From NCBI GenBank assembly GCA_973895155.1, contig OZ316896.1, positions 19,890,754 through 19,954,753 of the forward strand: 64,000 nt of DNA, in the 5' to 3' direction. A program made the translations under genes and the position numbers. Shown piece by piece: positions 25,368 through 39,424 of the stretch. The first letter of the stretch is position 1. Every line of letters starts with the position of its first letter. This DNA comes from Marsupella aquatica (taxonomy: Eukaryota; Plantae; Marchantiophyta). Under the pieces are notes generated by a model. The model was not told the DNA's origin, did not search any database, and worked only from the letters and a program-made list of their open reading frames with translations.

Positions 25368-28084
25368 ATGGGGAGGAGAAACGCCACGCCCAAGGCTGCT
25401 GCCGCTGGAGTTTCAGCACCACTGCTGCTGCTGCTGCTGCTTGCGTGCTCCGTGATGATGTTCTCGGGAGGCGCAGCAGCAGCAGAGAAGAGCTACACGA
25501 AAACGTTTCGATCGCCAGGCTTCAAGCAAGGCTTGGGGGATGTGGTCGACGATTTCTACGTCGTAGAGATGCCGACGGGCCATATCGCGATTACCAAATT
25601 TGACGCTGAGGTTGTGGATGTGGATGGGACGCCGATCCCTCTGCACGAGACGTATCTCCATCACTGGATTCTGGTGCGTTACCACGTCCCGAAGGACGCC
25701 GGAGGGGAGGGGAAGGAGAAGGAGCGCAGCATCCAGGTCCCCAACGCTGGCGTTTGCCAGAATGCAGGCCTCCCGCAGATGTTCGGGCTGGGCTCGGAAA
25801 CCAGACACACGAACACCGCGGTCCCACAGCCCTACGGAATTGTGGTGGGCGACCCCGAGAGCATTCCTGACGGACACAACGAGGTCTGGCTTATCAACGT
25901 GCATGCCATCGACACTCGGGGTGTCATGGACGTCCGGGGATGCACGGAGTGCGTTTGCGATCTGTACAACGCGACCGTGGACGGCGATGGCAGGCCACTC
26001 GCGGCTGGTTATGAAGGGGGCCTGGAGTGCTGCAGAAACGGGATGCACTGTGCTTTGCGGCCAGAGTTCCAGCAGGACAATGGCAATGGCAGCAGCAGCA
26101 GCAAGAGGACTCTGTTCATGGAGTACACCGTCACGTGGGTGGATATGTCGGACGAGGTTATTCCCGTGACCGTTTATATTTTGGATATTACCGATCGGAG
26201 GACCGGTGTCAACGACGAAGATGAGGATCATGGGTGTCAGGTGAGAGAGTAATCTTTCATTCTTCCATCCTTCTGCACCAGTGCTTTCATTGGGCTCTCT
26301 CATTTTTTAGGCAATGTTCATCGTCTTCGTGTACTCTTTGTCCCTTGCTGTATTCGAGGTTTTGGAGATCCTAGACTGAATCTATCACTTCATCCCTTTG
26401 GGTCCCACTCGTACTCGAGGCTGAGGGAGTGGCCTTCACAATCTTTTACACGTAGAATTGAAGTGTTGTACTTGAAGCAATGTGTAGGAGGTCAAACACT
26501 CAGAAAGTGAGCTTACACAAGATTCTTGACCTTAGAAACCTTTGATTCATTTCCTGGTCCATCCAACATTTTTGTCTCAACCCTCTGTCCCTTACCCTTT
26601 CCTGGGTATCAGCCACTATATGAATTTTTTTTCCATTCAATTTGTTGTTTCCGGTTAGGGTCCATTGGTCTTAAACTTAGTTCGATTCAATTTCTTCCTC
26701 TAGTAGATATCTGTGGATTGAATACCGTGGATTCTTTCTGCTTGTTTCCGCTAACAGGCAGCTGGCAAATTGTTACGATCCAGTCGATTATGTTTCTGGC
26801 TCAATGTCATCGTCTTATTGTTCCGAGCGAATGCTATGCTTTTTGGTGTTATGGCACTACTGGGTGGACATTGTCAGCCCTCTCTGGTTCTATCTTTCTT
26901 CGAATTGTTTTCTTGAGTAGAGGTTTATCACATATCGAGGGTTGGATATCGTTTTTGCTGCAAGTTAGATTGAGACGATTTCTAGATTTTGTCCAATTAT
27001 GATCCAAGTTGTAAGGAGACCGAGTCCTGGGGTGTACAGGTTGAGTACACTGTGCCCAAGTGCGCTGCAGGAGCATCCGAATGCATCCACATTGCAGATA
27101 GTGCTGCATTCTTACCTGGTGGAGGCGATGTAATTTACGCAGTTGCGCATCAACATTCGGGCGGCATTGGAAGTACTCTTCACAACGAGGTATGGTTTCT
27201 GCGCGTAGATGTCCACTTTGTTCACGTTGGCCTTATAGTGGTGATTCAGAAACAACTGCATCCCAGGCAAGTCAATAGGATTTGCAGGATTAGGTTAATT
27301 TAATATCCAAGTTCATGCATACAGGAGCACTTCCAAATTGGCATTCAATAAATCCGTGACTCAACTCCTTAAAGTTGAGTTTCAACAATTCCTCTGGTAT
27401 CTGCTGTGATTGCTTTCAACTAATTTAGCGTGGATATACAGTTCATATGTTGACTTGGATTCGTGGTTGGACTCGATAGGATGGCGAGGAGATCTGCTCG
27501 TCGTTTCCCATTTATGGGGAAGGTAGTGAAGCGGGGAATGAAGCTGGATACATTGTGGGAATGACCACTTGCTACCCTGAGCCTGGCTCTGTGAAAGTAA
27601 GGGCAGGAGAGAAGTTGCAGATGAGATCCTTCTACAGCAATGAGGAGCGGCACACTGGTGTAATGGGCCTATTTTATCTCCTCGTTGCCGAACCTCAATC
27701 GGTTCCACGGAAGGTCAGTGAATCAATTCCGTTCTATTTCCGTTCTTAGCACCCAAAATGTCAATGAGTGGATTCGAGAAGAGATTATCGGCTCTTGGAG
27801 ACCATAAGTTTCTGAGAACTGAGCCAATAATGGCAAATGTGGACAAGGTCGAAGGAACTCTTCCATCATGTTTTTCTACTTTTTGCCGTGTATTGCTGCA
27901 TCCTAGTTGTCCCTTCTCCTAAACTTGACCGCTCAAATCTTTGCAGCCTGCCTTTCTTACAATTATGATGAAGCATACAAATATGATTCTGGTGGCGGTG
28001 ACAATCATGGCCGCTGGTGTCTTCATCCATGTGACAGTCGCACGACTCCGAAGATCGACAGGAGCCGTGTATCAACGCGTATGA
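25368..28084 (+). CDS. Stress up-regulated Nod19 (SURNod19)-family protein with signal peptide and C-terminal TM helix
   Basis: Exons 25368-26240 (PLHETYLHHW, FGLGSETR, NVHAIDTR, GCTEC, GGLECC), 27040-27189 (VEY ... AHQHSGGIG), 27480-27713 (ICSSFPIYG ... GNEAGYIVGMTTCYP ... HTGVMGLFY), 27947-28084 (hydrophobic tail, YQRV*). All are phase-0 GT-AG splices. Confidence 0.92.
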
Positions 28085-29243
28085 ACATATCAAAGTGGTG
28101 AAACTCAACTAATCAAAGAAGTGACGTTGAAAGTTACGCCATCCTTAACGATACTTCATATAATTGAAGCACTTGTAGCGTAGCTGATTGAGTATCGACA
28201 GCCATGAGAATAGAAGTCTTGGTTTTGGCATTCGAAGTAGTGTATATATATGTGAACACATTCTTGTGGAAATGTCAAAGTATGGAGGTACAATTAGGAT
28301 TACCTGCGGTGCGAGAAATGGATGGAAATTGAGATTAGCGAATCTGTCAATATACAACTGAAACGCACAAAAAAAAAATAGAGACATAATTCCAATAGCA
28401 AATTTGATGGTTGTGGGGTGCGGAATCTTGGGTACTTATTATTGTACATTATATTTACAATTGTAATTGGTTGGCTGAACTATGTTCGGCTATGTGATGG
28501 GGGCTAAGAAATAGACCCCTGGATACTTCGTCTACAATACATATGGATTGTAATATGATAGATTTCTATAACTGAAATACTGGAATTCTATATGGTTGCA
28601 CTTGTTTTGACGAGACCACAAAGACCCCAATGTATTTTTTACTATATTAGTATTAGTATTGACACAAGATCTTGGAAAGAGGTGGGCAGCCGTGGACTTT
28701 TAATATGATCAATTTCACATGTTGTACTCCTTTAGTGCTGAATACTAAGGGTATTTTAACGGGAGGGAAGTAAATGGGCTGGGGGTATATTTGCTTTTTA
28801 TAAATATTTTTCCTTTGTCTCGGGAGAGGGGGCACACACTGGTTAGCCAATTTTATTATGTGATGGGTTTTGGTGTGTTGTTTAAGGAATAAGTATGAGT
28901 GAAAATTTTAAAAAATGGAAAAGATGGTCCTTTCCCCACCACATCTTCTTTCTTGCACCAACCTGGTAATGGTTGGTGGCAGTATGAAATTCAAGGATGT
29001 TTTTCAAGTAAACAAATAACCTCATATATAGTTTCCACAACAACCATGTATTGGTTCAGTTTCTGCATAGTCATAGGACTGGTAATTTGAATACAGTATC
29101 GTCAAGAAGGTACACCACAAGGGCATCGATGCTTGTGATTGATCTCATAGTCTTTATACAGTTAAAAGATAAAAAATACATATGAACGTAGTAAAAACTT
29201 TTGCTTTTTCCAGGTGAGTTCACCCTGTTGTCGGTCTCTTATT

Positions 29244-30312
29244 AGCCAATTTGACCCAAAAACCTGGCAAACCTAGAATATGTTAGCGAAAAGTGAATAC
29301 GCTAGCGGAAAGTGAGTTGACTGTAGTGACACAAGGAACCAATCAGTCCTTGGAAACACATATTAGTGAAAGTGTAATTTCGTTCAGCTTTGTGACCGAC
29401 CCCCCTTAGTTGGTGACTTGACTGTAGTGACACAAGGAACCAATCAGTCCTTGGTACACATATTAGTGAAAGTGTAATTTAGTTCAGCTTTGTGACCGAC
29501 CCCCCTTGGTGACTTAACTGTAGTGACACAAGGAACCAATCTCCTTGGAAACACATATTAGTGAAAGTGTAATTTAGTTCAGCTTTGTGACCGACCCCCC
29601 TTGGTGACTTGACTGTACTGACACAAGGAACCAATCAGTCCTTGGAAACACATATTAATGAAAGCGTAATTTAGTTCAGCTTTGTGACCGACCCCCCTTG
29701 GTGACTTGACTGTACTGACACAAGGAACCAATCAGTCCTTGGAAACACATATTAGTGAAAGCGTAATTTAGTTCAGCTTTGTGACCGACCCCCCTTGGTC
29801 AGCTTTGTGACCGCCCCCCTTGGTGACTTGACTGTACTGACACAAGGAACCAATCAATCCTTGGAAATACATATTAGTGGCCGTGTAATTTAGTTCAGCT
29901 TTGTGACCGACCCCCCTCCCACAGTAGCCAATTTGATCCAAAAACCTGGCAAACCATGAATATGTTAGCCGAAAGTGACTTCACAACTGTAGTGATGCAA
30001 GGAACAAATCAGCCCTTGGAAACACATATTAGTGGCCGTAGTGATGCAAGGAACAAGTCAGCCCTAGGAAACACAAATTAGTGGCCGTGAAATTTCATGG
30101 AAACACAAATTAGTGGCCGTGAAATTTCATGGAAACACAAATTAGTGGCCGTGTAATTTCATTCAGTGATCGACGCCCCCCGCTCACCTTTGTGACCAAC
30201 CCCCTCGACGGTGTAATTTCATTCAGCTTTGTGACTGAGCCCCTCGGTCAGCTTTCATTGAGCTTTGTGACTCACGCCCCTCGGTCAGCTTTGTGACCGA
30301 CCCCCCTTGGTC
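29244..30312. repeat. ~97-bp minisatellite (6 copies) with flanking direct repeat and decaying sub-repeats
   Basis: Unit TTGACTGTAGTGACACAAGGAACCAATCAGTCCTTGGAAACACATATTAGTGAAAGTGTAATTTAGTTCAGCTTTGTGACCGACCCCCCTTGGTGAC starts near 29317, 29418, 29514, 29609, 29706 and 29828. AGCCAATTTGA.CCAAAAACCTGGCAAACC occurs at 29244 and 29926. Confidence 0.92.
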
Positions 30313-31202
30313 ACAATCCTGGTGTATAAATTCATATGCACAAGTGTTTGCGGATTGTTTATTTAATGCAATATTCACCTGGGTACAATTTATCACATTT
30401 CATAAGTGAATACGAGTTTTACTGGTATTGGTAACGTTGTTTTGAGTATCATTTGTACGCCTTTTACTGATTACACCATCAACGCCAGATTCTCCTAAAG
30501 GTTTACCGTTCCTACTTACTATGACTAACATAATGTGCATTCTTCCAGTCTCATCTGCAACTTTCAGCAGCCTGCAAGCCGCCTACACGACAATTGCGTA
30601 GCTTTTAAAACGCTAGCAAAGTGGACCAGAAAACATGCGGCGTGCGGCTGGCAAATTGTAGCAAAATGAGCGTGTTTTAAGAGCGCAAGCAGCTGGCTTC
30701 ATGACCTGACTTGAACCCACCATTATTAGAATCAGCAGGACCTGACGTAAAGCAAAAGATCGGCAAAGTTATTCCCAGAATTGCAGTCAATGCATTGGCC
30801 GTCATTGGAGTAGCTACTTCTGATCAACCCTCGAAGGATTGCGAACAAGACAGATAAAAAGCCCACGCGTCTCAGCAAGTGGAGTAAGAACACCATTGTA
30901 GATATCTTCACCCGAGCTAGATTGCGATAACCATTACCAGTACAAGTGAAACAGAGAGAAGGCCGTCAAAGCTTTGCTCAGTAGCATGCGATCGAACTCA
31001 AACTTCGAAGCACAAAAAAATTCAAGTCAGCCAGGTAGATTTTGGGTCTACAATAGATAAACCCTTACAGGACTTTCGCATCCAAAATCTAGCTACATAC
31101 GGTAATCGACATTCCCTACAAAGCCTAAACTAAGGATGTATGGAGCAGATTGATGCAAAGATATATAGCTATCTAGTTGAGCTTCCATTCCTCGCTTAGC
31201 TT

Positions 31203-33605
31203 TCATTCGTAAAGTTCCCTCGGCAAGCGGGGAGAAACCATCAACTGGAGAGGTTCAGTTTTGAAGATAGTGAGACCGAATGTTTCGCCCATATCCACAT
31301 CCTCTGGCTTCTGCGGGGAAGGTAAGGTGAAGTCGAAGCTGTGCAGTAGTCGCGCTAGAGTGAATTGAATAACAGTCAATCCCAATGCCATCCCGGGGCA
31401 CATCCGCCTTCCTGATCCAAATGGCAGAAGTCCAAAGTTCTGGCCTGTAACATCTACGTCGGAGTTGAGAAACCGCTCAGGATAGAACTCCAAAGGGTTG
31501 GTCCATTGTGTCGGGTCCCGCCCGATTGCCCAAGCATTCACGTACAGGCGTGTTTTCGCTGGGATGTCATAGCTCAGTAATTTGCACGGCTCTATGGACT
31601 CGTGGGGCAGGAGAAGAGGTGCCGCTGGGTGCAACCGAAGCGCCTCCTTGACTACACATCCCAAGTATGGCAGAAGGGGGAGATCGCTTTCCTCCACTTT
31701 GCGAGATTTGCCCACCACAGAGTCAATCTCATCTCGAACTTTCTGCATGATCGAGGGCTTTCTGCTCAATTCCGCCAACGCCCACTCCACCGTACTCGCC
31801 GAAGTGTCTACTCCTGCGGAGAGAATGTTCTGTCAAAAGACACGACCAAAATGCTGTCAGCTCATCGTCAACGATTCTCGTACAGGACAGTGCCTTTATA
31901 TCCCTAAGTTTGACCTCTGACGAACGACCTACAGGAGGAGTGGTTTATAAGACGTGGGGGCACAGTGCATTTATTTTCCCTCTGAGATAAAACTTGACCG
32001 AATAATGAGTGAAAATGCAGTTGGCTGAATTAGGGGCCCCCATTCGGGTATGGTGTCTATGATCCTACATGGCAAGCGGTGGGCCAAAGGAATGTTGATG
32101 TTTCGAAGATTGGGTTCAAGGGATATTCATTCATTGAAATTCATTTAAGCAGATGGAGTCTATCTTCATAAAAGAAGTCACCCCTCAGTTTGCTTTGGTC
32201 AAGAAAAGTCACAACTGCCCTCCGCCACCTTTTAAGACACCCTTAGGGTACACACAATATACCGAGCCCCACGAAAAAGCCTTATAGATTGGATGTTACA
32301 GGTGATTTTTAAGCATCAGCTAGTCAATGTTAGTCCCGTCAAAGCTGCCCTCGTCTGTTATTTTAATCATTCACAGTCCGTCCATACTTTAATTTACTAG
32401 AGAAGTTTGAAGAGAAAGCCAATTTAATGGCAAAACAAAGTACATTAGAGTGACAACCGCGAAACACAAAAGAAGAAGGCAGATGCAAACTGCAAGCTAA
32501 GCAAAGTTCGGAGGAAGAGCAGGAAACGAAATTAGCAGCCTTTCAACTAAAGAATTGTACCATCGATTAAAGCAGTGCAAATCTAGCATACTGCTTCATG
32601 ATGAAGTCACACTAATCTTCGACTGACCTGCATTGTGGCCATGACAGTCTCGTCGCTAAGTCGCTCACTCCTCTGATTCGTGAACGAGAGGAGAACATCG
32701 AGCATATCCTTTTCGTCGTCGCTTAAAACGGCCTTCAGTGAGCGTTTGTCCTTAATCAGCTTCATAGTGAAGTCGTCGTAGCTTTTGGCCGTTTTCCTCA
32801 TACGCCGCTCGTAACCCTGCAGGTCCATCCAGCGAATGCTGGGGAAATAGTCTCCTAGATTGTTGACTACGCCACTCAGGATAAACATTTCTGTGATGGT
32901 ATCTTTAAAACTTTTCAGTTCAGCCTCGTCTTGTTGCTGTTCAGGTACCCATGAAATGAGCCTCTTTCCCATTGTCATGAGCGACATAGTGTTGAGCAGC
33001 AAATGAGCAATTTTCACGCTAATAGTCACTGGTTGGCCAGAGGTGGACTCATCCATAATGTTTTTCACGAGTGAAGACATCTCCTCATTCCTCAAGTGTG
33101 CAAACGACTGTATCCGCTTGGATGACAACAGCTCAAGCACACATAACTTGCGCATATGCCGCCAATGTGGACCATACGGGGCACAGGCAAGATCTTGATA
33201 GTTGTGAGAGAAGATTTCCACCACAGCTCCGGAACTGGGACGAGAAGAAAATGACTTGTCATGAGTCTTGAGAACCAATTTTGCCATTTCAGCTGAGCTG
33301 ACCACGAGACTGTGCGTGGAGCCCATCTGAAGGTGCAACAAGGGCCCATACTTCAGAGAGAGAGCATGCATATCACGATGAACGTTGGCGCCAAGGAGAT
33401 GTAGGTGCCCCAAAATGGGCAATGCGGGTGGCGATGGTGGCCAGCTACAGCTCGCAAATGGTCTCCCATTCTGCTTCGAGTGAAGCTGGCAGAAGAGTTG
33501 ATACAGCACTATGGCAGCCGCCAGTGTACCTACTACTATCACAGTAAGATAGTCTCGTTGGGGAACGAATGTCGTGGTAATGCTCGACTCCATATCTGTT
33601 CGCAT
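31203..33605 (-). CDS. Cytochrome P450, CYP71 clan (single-intron A-type)
   Basis: Exons 33605-32628 (TM anchor, PPSPPALPILGHLHLL, WRHMR) and 31829-31203 (AGVDTS, KEALR, PERF, heme motif FGSGRRMCPG). Confidence 0.95.
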
Positions 33606-36016
33606 GGCACTGAATCTGATCGGACTATACCTTCATTTTTCTGTGCTTCTTAACTCATACTTCTGCAGGTTCTTCGTCGAGATTCCCGGCTAACGTTCCT
33701 TGCTCTCTTGATGTGTCCCCTGCTCGTCATGTGACTGAAGAAAGTTCAGTGTATTATGGCTGCCAATACCACCACTATGAGATCGAGGTGGGAACCAGCC
33801 TGGTTGCACCTCTGCTCGATCTGCTGCCTAGTACAAATAACTGGAAGAGTGCTGCAATCAGACTCGCTCCCCTATGCCTCGACACATGGGAGTGGTGTGT
33901 AGTCATGTAGTGGCTGCGTTCTAAAACTCGTGCGCACAGTATACGGAAATCTTACCGGTGGCTCCACTCGTCCACGCATGCAGCAACGCGCTCAGTACGT
34001 TTGGAAATTGGGAGGCAAACTTGCTCACAAGTCACAACCCAACTGCTGCTCGCTACCTCGAGTGCATTGAGATTAATTTAGCAGGTGAACATCATTGATT
34101 TTTAGTCAGCGTACCTTGTACCTTCTAAGCGGTAGCCCTCCGAGGCCCTCTGACATCGCTTTGTAATTCCGGTGAGCTATTACTCCTAATGTCTGATCTG
34201 TCTATGCAATTTAATGAATTCACCAATATACTGGCCAAACATGGTACCAATGGACGTAGTGTTGTACTGCAAAAGTTTTATCGCCTAGGCCTCAGTCGGA
34301 TCCCGTTCTCCCCTCCATTTCACGCACTTTCCTGACAGAGCTAGCCAGATGCAAAGTACCGTCAAAATGACTTCCCAAGATTCAAGTCTCAGCAGATCTT
34401 TTCATTGTTTTTGAACATGGAATAAGAGATCCCATTCAATTACACCGCGTTTCAGACAGTGACGTGGTTACAATGTCGGATCATCGTATCGTATTGTTTT
34501 CATGTCCCTGATGTGAGAGCCCATTACGGTAGTTCCATGAATGAATCTTTTCCTGATACGACCAAAGGACAGGTGATAGTATTAATGACGGTTAATGACA
34601 TTTAATGATCCAATCTTCCCGAATTTCGGCAGAACCAGCTCAATTCCACTGGACAGTCCAACTTCGAAGCGGAAACCGAGTTGGGAGCATAAACCAAGGT
34701 GAGTTATAATTATGCACTTCGAGCACTTCGAACTAAGAGTCCCCAATCTTGGCTTTGCCGTCGTACAGTCGGACTGTCTCCATGTTGAAATTCCATAAGT
34801 GCAAAGCCCAGATTTATGCAAGGAATCCTGTTTTTCACTTTTTGGGTCTTTTTCTTTGTTGATTTTTTGCTGGCCTCCTTCTCAGTGGGCCTTTGCCCGT
34901 GCGACCCTGTCTCTCTGTGTGAACCTGTTTCTGGTTTGTGAGTTTTTTGGTCTTTTAGAGTATGATATATATATTTTTAGCATTGAGCTTTGTACTGAAA
35001 GCGCAAAATGGCCTGAAGGTTGTTTCTTGTTCATTTAGAGTGTGATATATATTTTTTCAGCACGGAGCTTGTACTTTGTTTGCACCTTTTATAAGCGAAA
35101 AAAGGCCTGAAATGTTTTTGCCGAACAATCCCTCTATAGTGCACAATCCCATCAACTTGCATATATTGATAAGTGCATGCCCTTAGACTTAAAAATGCAC
35201 TTATGGAGTAGTATTCTGACTTTAGCATTTAGTATAATTTGGACTGGCAGTCACTAGACTATCCATAAGTGCAAACCCTATTTAGTGCATACTACAGTAG
35301 ATGCTTCTCCCGTGAGAGTGCACTGAGCGATAATTGACTGTAATGTACCGCTAGTGAATTTGATCAATGGAGAGGACAGTAATTGCTCTTGATTGACGGT
35401 GGGATCTGAACCGTTGGCCTCGAGCTTGAAATCATTGACTCCATTATCGACTCAATAAGAATTGTTCAGCCATGATAGCATTCGAAAGAAAATTCTATGA
35501 ATGATACGGCAGATCATGAGTCCAGGAAAGTGGTGCTTCATAAATGACGCTCCACATTCGCTCATTGTGAGGGTTTGCATTTATTTGGAGGGAAAGTTTT
35601 GGAAAGTCCTTTCATATACTGACACCTGTGGGTTCTCTGTTAACATACCTGAGTGTCTGGAATGTTCCAAAATATAAAAATGCATTCCAAAAGGAACAAT
35701 CAAGAGATCCTTGTGGGCCAATTTTGCAGTTGCAGGTGCTTTTTCCTGTGCCTAGTATTCTGATTTACTCGTGTTAGTATTTCAAAGTCAAACCAGTAGC
35801 AAGCAATCAGTCAACCACACTCTTCACCATTGACTAGTCTTACATATATACTACTAGCCTTGAGTGCCCTTTTTTGAATATAAATAGAGGTGTGACATTC
35901 AAGTTCCTAGGCCATTTTCACCCTACCTACCCATGTTCATTGCACCCCCCGGTTTGGACCTGTCGGACAAATAGGAGGATTTCGGACGACAAATGACATA
36001 TGTAGTCCTGGTCGAT

Positions 36017-36263
36017 CCCGGCCAGGAGAAGGGTCGGGGGTTGGCCTGGTTGGGCTGGGGGATTGGCCGGGAGGGGGGGAGAGCCGGGCTGGGAAAGAGC
36101 CAGGCCGGGCCGGGAAGGCAAGGGAAGGGCCGGGTCTGAAAGGGGAGGCCGGGCCAGGACTACGCAGCCGGGCTGGGAATAGGCAGCCTGCCCGGGTCAG
36201 GAGGGTTAGGAGGAGTCCGGGACCGGGCCGGGGATGGGTCGGGAATTTTTGGTCCCGGCCAGG
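36017..36263 (+). other. Very G-rich low-complexity tract (G-quadruplex potential)
   Basis: Dense GGG/GGGCCGGG runs inside AT-rich surroundings. Confidence 0.6.
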
Positions 36264-37779
36264 GAATATAAGGGAATATTGGATAAATAGGCTGTTTTTG
36301 GATGGACAAGTTGTCATTTGTAGTGTCTTTAAAAAATTTGTAACTTTTCATATTTAGTTAGATATTTGGCTGGGCTTACCAAGGTTAATTTTGGAGTGTC
36401 TGACACTTGTTTACATCCAGTAGTATTTGGCTAACATTACTAGTCCACCAGGAGGTATGCAAGCAACATGAGTAATTCACTATTGTATTTGTGGTGGCTT
36501 GTTAAAATTCCAGGGTTGATGGCCTATGAATCACCATATTTAAAACTGAAATGAAAGTAGAATGACCATATATCTTTACCAGATATCCAAGACTAACATT
36601 GTAAGGACTGACCAAGTCAGTTTGGGAAACCAAAATTTTACTAATTCTTAGGCAAATGGGTGGCCAGGGCCACTCCTGCATGGGACCCTTTTGTAGCTGA
36701 GTGTCATGAAACTGAGAATAAACGATATAGTCAGTACACCTTATCCACAAATACAATTTTTTTTACAATAGGCTTGGTCACCCAAATTAGCTGGACTAAC
36801 TAATTCTAATTCTGTGCAACTCTAAATGGGATATACTATTAACCAATAGCGACGATTAGAAGTAATAAGATTGATAGCAATGTTGGGAGTCAACTCAATC
36901 CTAAACTATCCTAAACTATAATACAAGCTTGCGCCTTTTTATGAAGTGGTCGTCATTCAAATTTGGAGTGTCCAAGAAATATTAATCATGTAGAAGAGAA
37001 AGAATAAAGATTATATTAAATTTAGTGTGCACCCAAAAAATAATGAATGCATTCCAAACAAGAAGGGAATCAAATGGGAGAGACAAAAGGAGGGAGCCAA
37101 TGCTCGAGCCAATGGGGCACACAAAACAAGAGAGGGAATGTACATACATGAGTATCAAGGAGGTTCCTAACCCATACACATGAAATATAAAAATACATAA
37201 TATATATGATATTATATATTATTGTAAGTATCACAATATTACAAAATATAATAATGATAGTAATTCAACTAAAATAGGTTAATTAAACACAATAAATTAG
37301 ATGACAAGGACAATGTCAAAAACTATAATAAAATTTTACTTTTTTTTATAATAGTCATTCAAATTTGCAATATCCTAAAAATGAAAAACATGAAAGAATG
37401 ATTTCCTTTATGAATGAAATGGAGAGCAATGTTTCCCAAAAAATGAATTGAATAGTACAAAGAAAATAAGGAGGGTCTCTAGCAATGCAAGAGTATCAAG
37501 GAGACCTCCCTTTACCCGTATAATCTTGATCCGGTCCCTTTACAAACTAAAAAAAGTGACACTCAATCTTGAATGTTCATCAAAACATAATTTTCTCCAC
37601 ACTGTAACATCTATCCTTACACCCCTTCTAAAAATAAGTTCCTGCCCAAGTTACCCTTTAACTTTCCCATACCTGCCACAATGAAAAATTTAATCAAAAT
37701 TTAATTAAATTTATTTATATATAAATAATTCTAATTTTTTTGAAATAATTTCAAATATAAATAAAATAGAGATAAAATA

Positions 37780-38340
37780 TTTTCTCATCTTGACATCTTT
37801 TCTTCATATTAAGATCTTCTCACCTCAAGATCTTTGCTCACCTTGACATATTTTCCTCACCTTGAGATCTTTTCTCACCTCGACATATATATTAGATTTG
37901 TCTCATTTTGCCATATTTTTCTCACCTGGCCATCTTTCTTCACCCTCAACATTTCTTTTCATCCTGTCATCTTTTTCTCATCTCGCCATCTTTTCTCTCC
38001 TTGACATATTTTCTCACCTCAGAATGTTCTTCTCTAACTAGCTCAATACTCGTGCGTTGCACAAAAGATGTCATGTCGGCCAAGATGTCCTTAAGACAAA
38101 AGATGTCGTGTCCGGAGTCATGTCGGCCCAAGATATCGTTAAGAAAATAGAGGTCGTGTCCAGGGTCGTGTTGCCAATGATGTTGTTATGTAAAAGATGT
38201 CATTAAAAAAAAAAGTTGTGTCGCCAAAGAGGTCTTTATGCAAACGATGTCATCAAGTAAGAAGATGTCATTAAAACAAAGAAGTTGTTATGTGACAGAT
38301 ATCGTTAAGAAGATGTCAAGTAAAAATATGTCATTAAAAA
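37780..38340. repeat. Left-end repeat complex of the 38-51 kb unit
   Basis: CATCTTTTCTCACCTT-type ~20-bp repeats (37780-38035, direct counterpart at 50136-50250), followed by AAGATGTCGTGTCGGCCAAGA-type repeats (38036-38340) that are the reverse complement of the repeats at 50300-51091. Confidence 0.8.
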
Positions 38341-39424
38341 GAGTCGGGCAGGGAAGAAGGGAAGAGGGGGAGAGTGGGGCGAGGCAGGGCTGCCCCGGGT
38401 AATTGGGTTGGGGAAGGAGGGTGGTGGGAGGTTGACCGCAAGAATGCGGCAGTCTACGGTTGGCGTGCGGAGCAAGGCGGTAGGGTGGTCGCCCCACTCG
38501 TAGTAGAGGCTGGCCGCACAACATTTTACTTGCCTCTGCTCGGTGCTTTTGCCGCAATCAGATGGAAGTTGACCTCAGGAGCTGGTGTGAGGGCCATTTT
38601 TGGTCTCTATTGCTTTGGTTTTTTTCCATACTGAATTTCTTACACCCAAATTGGCCCTGTAAATTCAAATGACGACCATGGCAAAAAAAGGCACAACACC
38701 TTATTATAGTTTTTGATGTTGTCAAATGTGGTTGTCCCTTTATATATGTGTCCCAAAACCCTGTCACCCCAGCCAAGAGTGGTTTGGCCCCCAACACCTT
38801 GTTATCTCATCCAAATGTATATATTGAATTTGGCAAGTAATCACTATATTCATTAAAAGTGGAATTATAAAGAAGATTTGGAAATTTGGGCATTTAAAAA
38901 CACACTTTTAGGCATAAGAATTGTAAATTTGAAGGATGAAAAATGAAAATTTAAGCATCATGAATTATAAATTTGGGGCAAAAAAATAGACATTTGGGCA
39001 AAGAAAATATTAATTTGGATAATATTAAAAAACATTTGGGTGATAAAAAGTGTTCATTTGGTTGAAAATAGATAGAACATGTGTAATAACACATAAGCTT
39101 GGATAGCATCTATACTCAAAACATCTAGCTTGGATAGGATCATTATCTAAGCAACAATGAAATGCTAGACAAGTTAAATATCTTATATTCAAACTAGGAT
39201 GACATCCAAGTAACTTAGAACTGCCATCATTTTCTAGAAATATATGTACTAAGACAAAAATAACAATTTTTATCAAAAAGTCCATTCAATAACTAAGAAA
39301 GATCATAGAGTATTTGATTGCAAGCCTTGTTCTCTCACTTACTTTAGACAAATGCATGGAAATTAACTTGACCCTCCTACCTACAAGTCATTACATAGTG
39401 GACACTTGTGACCACTCTATCACT

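Noticed and set aside
25413-26303. 296-aa antisense ORF and other overlapping ORFs in SURNod19 exon 1
   Set aside because: Shadow frames of a GC-rich coding exon with no recognisable motifs.
29317-29916. CRISPR or guide-RNA array
   Set aside because: Whole units are repeated with no variable spacer and there is no adjacent effector gene.
35927-36351. Pro-rich ORFs on the minus strand
   Set aside because: By-product of the G-rich low-complexity tract.
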